Shown one piece after another: positions 8,092 through 16,318 of a stretch of 64,000 nucleotides of DNA (positions within the stretch are counted from its first letter, which is position 1; each line of letters begins with the position of its first letter). The stretch comes from Fibrobacter succinogenes (lineage in GTDB: Bacteria; Fibrobacterota; Fibrobacteria; Fibrobacterales; Fibrobacteraceae). The stretch spans positions 12,130-76,129 of the forward strand of contig CACZAD010000009.1 of NCBI GenBank assembly GCA_902779055.1, written 5' to 3'. The notes beneath the pieces are model-generated. The model saw nothing but the letters and a program-made list of their open reading frames with translations. It did no database searches and was not told where the DNA came from. Made by a program: the position numbers and the translations under genes.

Positions 8092-10356
8092 TTAGAACCA
8101 TGCCTTGGTTTCAGCAGCGATGTAATGGGAATGCCAATCATTTTCAGGAACGAGTTCGTCAGAGTGCGTCATGAACTTGTAACGGAAGTGGAGGCCTACG
8201 CGGTCAGAGAAGTCCCAGTCAAAGCCCAAGCCGATGGCAAAGTCCTTATAGTTGATCGGGCACTTTTCGTAATAGAAGGGGCTGACTTCGTAAGTGTAAG
8301 TCGGATTGGCCTTCTGCCATTTACCGGTAGAATTGGTCACAGAAACTGCTCTGTAAGCCTTTTCGGATCTGAAGGTTTCGAGACCGAGGATACCCACCAT
8401 GTGGAAGGTCGGGGTCACGGCGACAGTCGGTTCAAACTGGCCATAGAAGCTCATCATAAGCATGTTGGACTGCTTTTCGGAAACAGCGATCGGAGCAAAC
8501 GAGGTCGAAACACCGGAGAGGGCGACGAAAGCCGTCATCATGATGTTGCGGTCAGTATGCAGCCAGTGGCTGATGTCGTAGCCACCCATGAAGGACAAGT
8601 AGGTAGACCACTTGGCATGGGTCGGAACTTCCTGCTTTGCCACCTGGGCACCGTTGTCGTAAGCAGCGAAGGATTCCCACAGTTCCCAGGTACCACCATA
8701 AAGACCACCGCGCTGACGGTCCATCTTCACGCCTTCACCTGCATCCCTCTGCACACCGGCACGAGCAATGTAGCGGGCGTCTTCGGCAGCGTTACCGGAG
8801 TCAGCCACGAAGAGCGGCTTGTGCTTGGTCCAGGAGTTGGAGCTTTCCCACATATTGCGGCCGTTCAAACGGTAGTTGAAAGCGATCACGTCCTGACCCG
8901 GATCGATCTGACGATGCTGGGCATACTGGAAGTCAAAGTAACCGCGGTTGAAGCTCGGTTCCAACTTGAAGTTGATACCGGCCATGTTCGGGGAGTAGCG
9001 GAGGGCGCCTGCATTGAGGTAGGTTTCGTCCTTACGCCAGCCCGGGAAACGGGACGGGTTAGAAAGGGAGTACGGAGAGTAGAAACCCGGCTGGAAGTAC
9101 ACGAGTTCAGCAGTCATCGGCCAACCTTCGACATACTTGCTCTGGGCCTTCACATAAATACCGATCTTCGGATCAGCCGTGCTGGATCTCTTTGCATTTC
9201 TGGAGTAACCCGACTGCTTGTCATCAGGATTGAAGTTGCTCACAGCTTCGGACTGGTAGAAGACCGTGGAATCCGTGATGCTCACGCCTGCATCGGCCAT
9301 CAAGTAGAGCTTCGGGGTAACGTTGCCCTTGACGTCGGCGGTAATCACGTGAGTGTTGAGGAGGGTCGGGCTCATGCCGTTGTTGACCCACTGGCTACGG
9401 AATTCTTCTTCGTCGATGATGCCTTCATCATAGGTCACGCCCATGTAGTTCAAGCCGACGGTAAGATTGTCAGCAATCTTTTCCTTGGCGATACGGCCAT
9501 GAAGGACAGTACCACGGAAATCGTAGCTACCCATCATTTCGAGTTCGCCCGGCTGACCACCGTACATGCGAAGACCATCACGAGTACCCATATCGGCATC
9601 TGCCGGCTGGGACACAAGGAACTGGGCCTTGAAGTCGTACGGGAGCTGATAGACGTTAGCAAACACGCCACCGAAGGAACGGTTCGTCCAGAATGCACGA
9701 CCACCTTCCTTGACCGGCTTGAATGCCTTTTCCTTATAGTAGGTAGAAACAGTCTTTTCGTCTTCGAAAAGTTCGTACTGCCATACGAAACGCGGGTTGG
9801 TTTCACGTTCCCACATGGTAAGCGGGGAAGCGTTTGCCCAGATAACGCCACCGGCAGTGATGTAGGCGCCGAAGACACCGGCACGGATATCAACGCCGAC
9901 GTTCAATTCTTCGTTGATCGTCGAAGAATAGTAGTCGGTAGAGTGGTCGTAGAGAGCGCGTTCGTTGTAGTTGCCCGGAGCTTCAGTCGGATTCTTAGCG
10001 TACTTGTTGGCATAAGTACCGCTCAAGTCGAACGGGAAAGACAAGTTAGTGAACAACGTAATGTAGGAGTTCGGCATAGCGACAACGTTCACGTTCAAGA
10101 CGGCGTCGACGGCTGTGCGAGCCTTATCGCTCTGAACCCAGGGGCTTTCTTCGGAATAGTGGAAATTCTTCAAACGGAAAGCCATGTAACCGGAGACTGC
10201 CAGTGGCAGATCGTCCTTGCCGAGGAGCGTAGATTCCATGTTACCGGAAAGGGTATCCAACGAAGCGTGGAGGGAATCAAGCTGCAACTGCGGAGGGAGA
10301 GCCCATGCAGCACCGAGGCTAGACGCTAATAAAAGGGAAGAAACTGATTTGCGCAT
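8092..10356 (-). CDS. Large hypothetical outer-membrane beta-barrel-type protein (paralog 1, more divergent)
   Basis: GAGG RBS; signal ending AWA; terminal strands IGLGFDWDF-VGLHFRYKF-YIAAETKAWF; SPLT motif shared with the other two; aromatic-rich. Confidence 0.72.
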   Translation of the reverse strand: MRKSVSSLLLASSLGAAWALPPQLQLDSLHASLDTLSGNMESTLLGKDDLPLAVSGYMAFRLKNFHYSEESPWVQSDKARTAVDAVLNVNVVAMPNSYITLFTNLSFPFDLSGTYANKYAKNPTEAPGNYNERALYDHSTDYYSSTINEELNVGVDIRAGVFGAYITAGGVIWANASPLTMWERETNPRFVWQYELFEDEKTVSTYYKEKAFKPVKEGGRAFWTNRSFGGVFANVYQLPYDFKAQFLVSQPADADMGTRDGLRMYGGQPGELEMMGSYDFRGTVLHGRIAKEKIADNLTVGLNYMGVTYDEGIIDEEEFRSQWVNNGMSPTLLNTHVITADVKGNVTPKLYLMADAGVSITDSTVFYQSEAVSNFNPDDKQSGYSRNAKRSSTADPKIGIYVKAQSKYVEGWPMTAELVYFQPGFYSPYSLSNPSRFPGWRKDETYLNAGALRYSPNMAGINFKLEPSFNRGYFDFQYAQHRQIDPGQDVIAFNYRLNGRNMWESSNSWTKHKPLFVADSGNAAEDARYIARAGVQRDAGEGVKMDRQRGGLYGGTWELWESFAAYDNGAQVAKQEVPTHAKWSTYLSFMGGYDISHWLHTDRNIMMTAFVALSGVSTSFAPIAVSEKQSNMLMMSFYGQFEPTVAVTPTFHMVGILGLETFRSEKAYRAVSVTNSTGKWQKANPTYTYEVSPFYYEKCPINYKDFAIGLGFDWDFSDRVGLHFRYKFMTHSDELVPENDWHSHYIAAETKAWF

Positions 10357-10365
10357 AAAATCCTC

Positions 10366-11109
10366 TTAAATCTCGTTGCGGAACGGATAATGAGCCGGGC
10401 CTTCGTACGGCTTGCCGTGCTTCTTGATCACGATATCGTCGATCCAAACCTTGAAGGATTCGTTTTCGTCCTTACGGACTTCAAGACGGAAACCCTTGAA
10501 GTTGGACCATGCGAACGGGAGCATCACTTCGCGCGTGTTCTTCGCATCCCAGTAAACACCGGTATTGCCGAAGAGCTTCAGAGGAATGCTGAAGTGCTTC
10601 CATTCAGTCGTAATTTCACCAAGGCTCTTGGAGCGGAGCTTCACCTGGAGGGATTCGCCGTTGCTCTTCACGCCGTCGTCAACGAGCACGAACAGGGCGT
10701 TTTCGCCACCCTGGGCACCCTTGAGCCAAAATTCGAGAACGCCTTCTTCGAGATAAGGAGTCAAGTCCACGGAACCTGCAATACAGATTGCCACACCGGA
10801 GTAGTCGCTTGCGATAAGTTCGATTTCCATGGAGAGCGCACCTTCCATGGCATACTTATCCGTGAGTACCGGTTCGGGGTTTTCACGCGGATACTGGTAG
10901 GTGTAACCACCACCACGAGGAATGGCCTCGCGCATGACAACGGTGACAACTTCCTTATCAGGACGGAACGGCTTGGGTTCCTTCATGACAAAGTGAGACT
11001 GGTCGCGGTCGCGGTAATCGCTAAAACCGTAGCCAGCAAAAGAAGATGAAGCAAGAAGCATCGCCGCTAGAGCGGACTTCCAAATGGCTTTTTTTAAGTT
11101 TCCATTCAT
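10366..11109 (-). CDS. Secreted stand-alone carbohydrate-binding module, CBM30-like
   Basis: Signal peptide from ATG 11109; GVLEFWLKGAQGGE, ITTEWKHFSIPL and KVWIDDIVIK match the CBM30/galactose-binding-like pattern; no catalytic domain. Confidence 0.8.
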   Translation of the reverse strand: MNGNLKKAIWKSALAAMLLASSSFAGYGFSDYRDRDQSHFVMKEPKPFRPDKEVVTVVMREAIPRGGGYTYQYPRENPEPVLTDKYAMEGALSMEIELIASDYSGVAICIAGSVDLTPYLEEGVLEFWLKGAQGGENALFVLVDDGVKSNGESLQVKLRSKSLGEITTEWKHFSIPLKLFGNTGVYWDAKNTREVMLPFAWSNFKGFRLEVRKDENESFKVWIDDIVIKKHGKPYEGPAHYPFRNEI

Positions 11110-11441
11110 AATAGGTACAATTCTCCAAATTCGGATCACCTACAATATAGCTTGTTTTTTGAGAAAGTCGAATTCTCTCTTTGCAAAAAAGGCTTTGCAA
11201 AACGTGATCCATCAACGAAATACCGCTTGCCAAGCCGTGTAAACACTGGACTCAAGCGTATACAGTTTTTTTTCAGCAGCTAACGTTTAGTTTTGTTTAC
11301 AAATTAAGACAAATGACATCAGTCACAATGGACTCAAGCGTAAACACACAATTCTATTACGCATTTTTTTATTTTTCTTTTTTGATATAGATTTTGAGAA
11401 CAGATACTTTGAGTACAAAACTTTTTGTTTTGGGGGTCACT

Positions 11442-12620
11442 ATGATGAAACACCTTTTTACACTTACTGCGATCGCAATCGGATGCGCCTTCTGGGCTTG
11501 CGATAACGGAACGGCCGCCCTGCCCGAATACAAGGGCAGCGACCAACCCAGCAACACGCGGCAAATCATCCCTGTCGACTACACCGCAGGAAGGACCATG
11601 AACGCCCTCCTCGGCCGAGGCATCAACCTGGGCAACGCCTGGGAATCCGAAGGTTCCGACGATAACGGCTGGGGAAACCCCATCCGCGACAAGGACTTCG
11701 CCATCATCAAGGCCGCAGGTTTCAACTCCGTCCGCATTCCGGTCCGCTGGGACCAGGATGCCGACAAGACCACGCACACCGTGAACGCCAACCGTTTGCA
11801 GGGCGTCATTGAAGACATCAATCTCGCCATCGCCAACGGACTCGCCGTCGTCGTGAACTTCCATCATTACAATGACCTGAACTGCGCCGGCGGCGGCGGC
11901 AGCCGATGGAATTACGAAACCCAGAAACAAGAAAAGTGCCTCTACAACGCAGCAAAGTTCCAAGAAGAAAAGACCCACTTCCTTGGCATGTGGAACCACG
12001 TCGCATCGACCTTGAACGCCTTCCCCGACAATATGGTCGTTCTTGAAATCTTGAACGAGCCCAGCATCCCCTACGATACCATCGTGGATCAGCTGATGAA
12101 CGACGCCTACACAGTCATCCGCGCAGCAGCCCCCGGCAAGACCATTATGTTCGAATCATACCATATGGCAAAATTCGGCGACCTTCCCTCGCTGCATTTA
12201 CCGGCTGACGGCAACATCATCTTTAGCGGACACTTCTACCAGCCCTACACCTATACCCATCAGGGTCACGGTTACGACTGCCGTGGCGATGCAGCAAAGG
12301 TCATCGTCGCACCGGACAGCATGAAATACTACAACCAGCAGGCATTGCGGCTGTACCCCGACATCAACGGCGTAGACCATGTTCCTCTGAACATGGGCGA
12401 ATTCGGTGTCGCCGGTGGCGATGCGGGTCAATACACCTGCGGAAAAGAAGGTCCGAGCAACGAAGGCAAGGCAGAATGGGCCATGAAGACGGCTCAGGCA
12501 GCCATCGCAAACGGCATCTCGTTCCATTACTGGGGATTCGGCAAGACGGGCGGATTTGACGCCTACGACGTCGATGCAGAAGCATGGTTCCCGGGATTCC
12601 CCGACGCGCTTATAAAATAA
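11442..12620 (+). CDS. Glycoside hydrolase family 5 endoglucanase, lipoprotein
   Basis: Lipobox FWA-C; GINLGNAWE, SVRIPVRW, HHY, EILNEP (acid/base), HFY, MGEFG (nucleophile). Confidence 0.93.
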   Translation: MMKHLFTLTAIAIGCAFWACDNGTAALPEYKGSDQPSNTRQIIPVDYTAGRTMNALLGRGINLGNAWESEGSDDNGWGNPIRDKDFAIIKAAGFNSVRIPVRWDQDADKTTHTVNANRLQGVIEDINLAIANGLAVVVNFHHYNDLNCAGGGGSRWNYETQKQEKCLYNAAKFQEEKTHFLGMWNHVASTLNAFPDNMVVLEILNEPSIPYDTIVDQLMNDAYTVIRAAAPGKTIMFESYHMAKFGDLPSLHLPADGNIIFSGHFYQPYTYTHQGHGYDCRGDAAKVIVAPDSMKYYNQQALRLYPDINGVDHVPLNMGEFGVAGGDAGQYTCGKEGPSNEGKAEWAMKTAQAAIANGISFHYWGFGKTGGFDAYDVDAEAWFPGFPDALIK

Positions 12621-12643
12621 AAGGACAGGGCCGTCCGAAAAAA

Positions 12644-13411
12644 TTACGGGCGGACAAGCGTCCCCGACCAGTGTTCATCAAAGAAGGCTTGGAACAGAGG
12701 TTCCGGGCCTTTTTTCAATTCTTCGATGACTTCGGCAATCGGGCGGTGGCTGCGGTAAAGTTCGCGGAAAGCACGTTCAAAGAAGGCGATGCGTTCCGGC
12801 GGGAACTCGCTTGCATGAAGGCGGAGCGCATGGAGGTTGAGAGACGCAAAGCGCAGCGGATTGCCAAAGGCGCGGCTGCACGGCGGAACGTCATAATCAA
12901 CCTTGAGCGTCCCTCCGACAAAAGCATAGGCGCCCACCTGGTTACGCTGCTGCACGGCGGTCGTGCCACCAATGGTTGCAAATTTTCCGATACGCACATG
13001 GCCACCGAGCTGGCACCCGTTCGCTATGACGGCACCCTCCCCAACCTGGCTATCGTGCCCCACGTGAGCATAGGCCATGATCAAGACGCGGGTTCCCAGG
13101 CGGGTACAGCCTCCCCCCTGGACGGTACCGCGATTAAGCGTCGTGTATTCGCGGATAATGCAGTTTTCGCCAATTTCAAGGCGTGTCGGCTCGCCCGCAT
13201 ACTTGAGGTCCTGCGGAGGCGCCCCAAGAATCGCACCGTCATAAACGTGCGTGTTCGCCCCGATATTCACGCCGCCGTAAACTCGCACACGGGACTCCAG
13301 CACGACATTTTCACCGATTTCCGCCCCTTCGTCAATAACGCACCAAGGACCGATAACAGCAGAATCGTGGACTTTAGCTCCAGAATGAATGTAGGCGGAT
13401 GGGTGAATCAT
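12644..13411 (-). CDS. lpxA: Acyl-ACP--UDP-N-acetylglucosamine O-acyltransferase
   Basis: Hexapeptide repeats, PQDLKY, IREYTTLNRGT, AHVGHD. Confidence 0.95.
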   Translation of the reverse strand: MIHPSAYIHSGAKVHDSAVIGPWCVIDEGAEIGENVVLESRVRVYGGVNIGANTHVYDGAILGAPPQDLKYAGEPTRLEIGENCIIREYTTLNRGTVQGGGCTRLGTRVLIMAYAHVGHDSQVGEGAVIANGCQLGGHVRIGKFATIGGTTAVQQRNQVGAYAFVGGTLKVDYDVPPCSRAFGNPLRFASLNLHALRLHASEFPPERIAFFERAFRELYRSHRPIAEVIEELKKGPEPLFQAFFDEHWSGTLVRP

Positions 13412-13446
13412 GAGCGGAAAAATAGTATTTTGCTAAATTTCGGCAC
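13412..13446. promoter_or_regulatory. 35-bp bidirectional promoter region, probably leaderless on both sides
   Basis: TAAATT (13434-13439) 7 nt before ATG 13447; TATTTT (minus strand, 13424-13419) 7 nt before ATG 13411; no SD on either side. Confidence 0.55.
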
Positions 13447-14550
13447 ATGGGCGATTACATTATCGCAGGTCTTACCGCACTTTACGCATTCCTGTTCCTA
13501 TTCTTCATCATAGGACTGTTAAAGACGCATCGCTACAAAGGGAAAAAGGCAACCCCGAGCGTCTCGGTCGTCGTGCCGATGCGTAACGAAGAGGAATTTG
13601 CAGAACGTACGCTCGAGGCGCTTGCCGAACAGGATTACGTCGGCGAATGGGAAGTCATCTGTGTCAACGACCGCTCCACCGACCGCACGCTCGAGATTCT
13701 CGAAAGGTTCGCCGCCACGCATCCGCGATTCCGCGTCTTGAGCCTCCCGCAAGACTTACCGCAAATCGCAAGTCCCAAGAAGCGCGCCCTCGAAAGCGCC
13801 TTCAAGATTGCAAAAAACGAAGTGCTTTTGACGATGGACGCCGACTGCATCCCGCGCAAGAGCTGGATCACCGCCATGGCGGGCCGATTTGTCGACGGCA
13901 TCTGCATTGTGCAGGGACCCAAGCAGAACAACGGCACACGTTCCATGCCGCATCTTTACCAAAAGCTCGAAACACTCGGCTACACGGCAATGGAAGCCGC
14001 CGGTTTTAGCCTCGGGCACCCGATTGTCGCAAGTGCCGCATGCCTTGCCTACAAGAAGGACCTGTTCTTTAAAGTGGGCGGATTCGGCGACCTCGTGAAC
14101 CTTTCGAGCGGCGACGATGACATGCTCATCCACAAGATGATGAAGATCCCGGGCACAAAAGTCTGCTACAACCTCGACAAGGACGCCGTCATCGAAACGG
14201 CTCCGGTGCATACGTGGAAGCAGCTCTTTAACCAGCGCGCCCGCTGGAGCAGCAACGGCACCAATTACGAGAGCAAGGCCTACATCCTTTTGCTCACGCT
14301 TATTTACACATACTACATCTGGATGTTCGTAAGTCCGTGGTGCGTCGCATTTTTGGACTGTCCGTGGCAATGGTGCGTGTTCAGCATCTTGCCGAAGTTC
14401 GTCGTGGACTTCGTGTTCCTCTCGATCGCATCGTGGAAGCTGCATTCCAAGCGCCGTATGTTTGCGTTCTTGCCGGTCGAACTGATCCAGATTCCGATGA
14501 TCGTGTTCTGCGTCCCCGCAGGAATCACCGGACTGTTCAGATGGAAGTAA
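13447..14550 (+). CDS. Membrane glycosyltransferase family 2
   Basis: VVVPMRNEE, VNDRSTD, DADC, GDDD, QRARW motifs; N- and C-terminal TM helices. Confidence 0.92.
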   Translation: MGDYIIAGLTALYAFLFLFFIIGLLKTHRYKGKKATPSVSVVVPMRNEEEFAERTLEALAEQDYVGEWEVICVNDRSTDRTLEILERFAATHPRFRVLSLPQDLPQIASPKKRALESAFKIAKNEVLLTMDADCIPRKSWITAMAGRFVDGICIVQGPKQNNGTRSMPHLYQKLETLGYTAMEAAGFSLGHPIVASAACLAYKKDLFFKVGGFGDLVNLSSGDDDMLIHKMMKIPGTKVCYNLDKDAVIETAPVHTWKQLFNQRARWSSNGTNYESKAYILLLTLIYTYYIWMFVSPWCVAFLDCPWQWCVFSILPKFVVDFVFLSIASWKLHSKRRMFAFLPVELIQIPMIVFCVPAGITGLFRWK

Positions 14551-14562
14551 ATGACGCGAAAA

Positions 14563-14611
14563 GCGCGCTGTATGAAAGAACAGCGCGCGGATTCGTTGGC
14601 GTCAGGATGAC
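14563..14611 (-). repeat. Hairpin/terminator plus short GTCATCCTG palindromic repeat
   Basis: GCGCGCTG...CAGCGCGC stem; minus-strand GTCATCCTGACGCCAACGAATCC resembles the 21224 copy. Confidence 0.55.
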
Positions 14612-14614
14612 GAC

Positions 14615-15919
14615 TTAAACTAAATGTTCTTTTGCCCAGGCGATGGCGTCGCCCGTACAAGCTATTTTGCCGTCGAGCTGAAGTTCAAAACTTTTCTTGA
14701 TAATCTCGCCCATCTGCTTTCCCGGCTTGACGCCCATATCCATAAGCATCTTGCCCGTGAGATACGGCTGGGGCGCACTTTCAAGCAAATCGAGGTCAGC
14801 AGCGGCCTGCCACAAATTCTCGGGGAAGTTCATATCGCCGGCCGAAGCGTAGAACTCGCGCGGTGTACACTTCACCAGCAGGCACAATAGCTTAAGGCCG
14901 TCCAGCTTTACCGCCAATCGACGAAGCGTTGGAGCGTCGTTCACGACCGCGAACTGGATTTCGTTATACGCCTGCACAAGCTGCGGGACAATTTTCAACA
15001 AATGCGTTTCGTTAGTGATGCGTTCCAGGAACTTGAGCGAAGTCTCGGGATTTCCGCTGAGGAATGCGGCAAAGGCAAATTCCATCGCCTGCGCATCAGA
15101 AAGCGGCTTGCCTTCGGACTCAAGCGTCCGGCGGACAGTTTCCATATTGTCGAGCATTTCGCCCAGGGCATCCCACGACTTATGCAACGGAAACACTTCC
15201 GGAAAGAACGCATTGAGGCGGATGTCCAAAAACGCACGCAATCCAAGCGACGGCTTGCCGGGCTTCAAGAGCCACTTTTTGAATTCTTCAAAAAGCCTTT
15301 CGATAGAAAGGTCGGCAAGCGAAAGCGTCTTGCAGAGTTCCACCGTCTCGGGCGCAAGCGTGAGCGCAAAACGGCTCGCAAACTGCACGCCACGCAAAAT
15401 GCGCAACGAGTCTTCGACAAAGGCAGGGCCCACATGACGGAGAAGTCCCTTCTTCAAGTCATCAATTCCGCCATACGGATCGCAAAGCGTAAGTTCCGGC
15501 AGTTCCATCCCCATCGCATTGATGGTAAAGTCACGGCGGAGGGCGGCTTCCTTGAACGAAAGCTTTTCATCGGTATGCACCACGAAACCGCGGTGTCCGT
15601 AGCCCACCTTGCTTTCGGTACGCGGGAACGAAAAGTCAAGCGAAAGCCCCTTCATCGCCAAATGGATGACACCAAAGGCCTTGCCCACGAGATTCGTGCG
15701 GCCATACTTCTTTAAAATCGGAACAAGTTCATCCTGCGCAATGTCATAGACTTCGACATCGTAATCGCGGCAATCCTTGCCAAGCAACGCATCGCGCACC
15801 CAGCCACCGACCAAAAACGCACGGCCACCCGCTTCGCGGATTTCACCTGCAATCGCAAGCAGGCGCTTGGGAAGATCCGGTTCGAACGCCCCACCGGCAA
15901 GTGTACTGATCATCGGCAT
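14615..15919 (-). CDS. cca: CCA-adding tRNA nucleotidyltransferase / poly(A) polymerase family
   Basis: VGGWVRD, DYDVE, RRDFTINA, EDSLRILR, ERLFEE. Confidence 0.88.
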   Translation of the reverse strand: MPMISTLAGGAFEPDLPKRLLAIAGEIREAGGRAFLVGGWVRDALLGKDCRDYDVEVYDIAQDELVPILKKYGRTNLVGKAFGVIHLAMKGLSLDFSFPRTESKVGYGHRGFVVHTDEKLSFKEAALRRDFTINAMGMELPELTLCDPYGGIDDLKKGLLRHVGPAFVEDSLRILRGVQFASRFALTLAPETVELCKTLSLADLSIERLFEEFKKWLLKPGKPSLGLRAFLDIRLNAFFPEVFPLHKSWDALGEMLDNMETVRRTLESEGKPLSDAQAMEFAFAAFLSGNPETSLKFLERITNETHLLKIVPQLVQAYNEIQFAVVNDAPTLRRLAVKLDGLKLLCLLVKCTPREFYASAGDMNFPENLWQAAADLDLLESAPQPYLTGKMLMDMGVKPGKQMGEIIKKSFELQLDGKIACTGDAIAWAKEHLV

Positions 15920-16299
15920 TACTGCTGTACTCCGGCAGAAGAGTCCGCATTCACAGACTTGTAACGGTCATAAATGCTGGTCGTCTTTTCGTCCGACGAA
16001 TCCTTCAGCAACGTGGAAACTGGGATTTCGACCTTCGAGGAATCCACCTGCGGCGAAGTTTCCGTATTCGCATAACGTTCGTAAATGCTGGACTTGGACT
16101 GACCCGATTCATTCTTCTTCTTGGCTTCTTCGGCGCGGCAGGTATTCAGTTCGTTCTCCATATAGGCACGCTGGTCCGGAGAATAAGACATCGTATTCAG
16201 ACGGTACTCGATTTCTTCGCACACGAGGCCCTGGCGTTCACCGGCACAGCCGACCAATAAGAGCGCAACCGCAAAAGAGGCCAAAATAAATTTATTCAT
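15919..16299 (-). CDS. Hypothetical lipoprotein
   Basis: Lipobox LVG-C; stop overlaps the cca start; SIYERY/SIYDRY internal repeat. Confidence 0.75.
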   Translation of the reverse strand: MNKFILASFAVALLLVGCAGERQGLVCEEIEYRLNTMSYSPDQRAYMENELNTCRAEEAKKKNESGQSKSSIYERYANTETSPQVDSSKVEIPVSTLLKDSSDEKTTSIYDRYKSVNADSSAGVQQ

Positions 16300-16318
16300 A
16301 ACAGTCCCTCGTCAACAA

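Noticed and set aside
3724-10356. SusC/TonB-dependent receptor annotation
   Set aside because: No recognisable TonB box, plug-domain motif or SusD partner
2051-11049. Long plus-strand ORFs (331, 762, 573, 734, 219 aa) opposite the operon
   Set aside because: Antisense shadows produced by biased codon usage; no motifs or RBS, while the minus-strand ORFs have SDs, signal peptides and motifs
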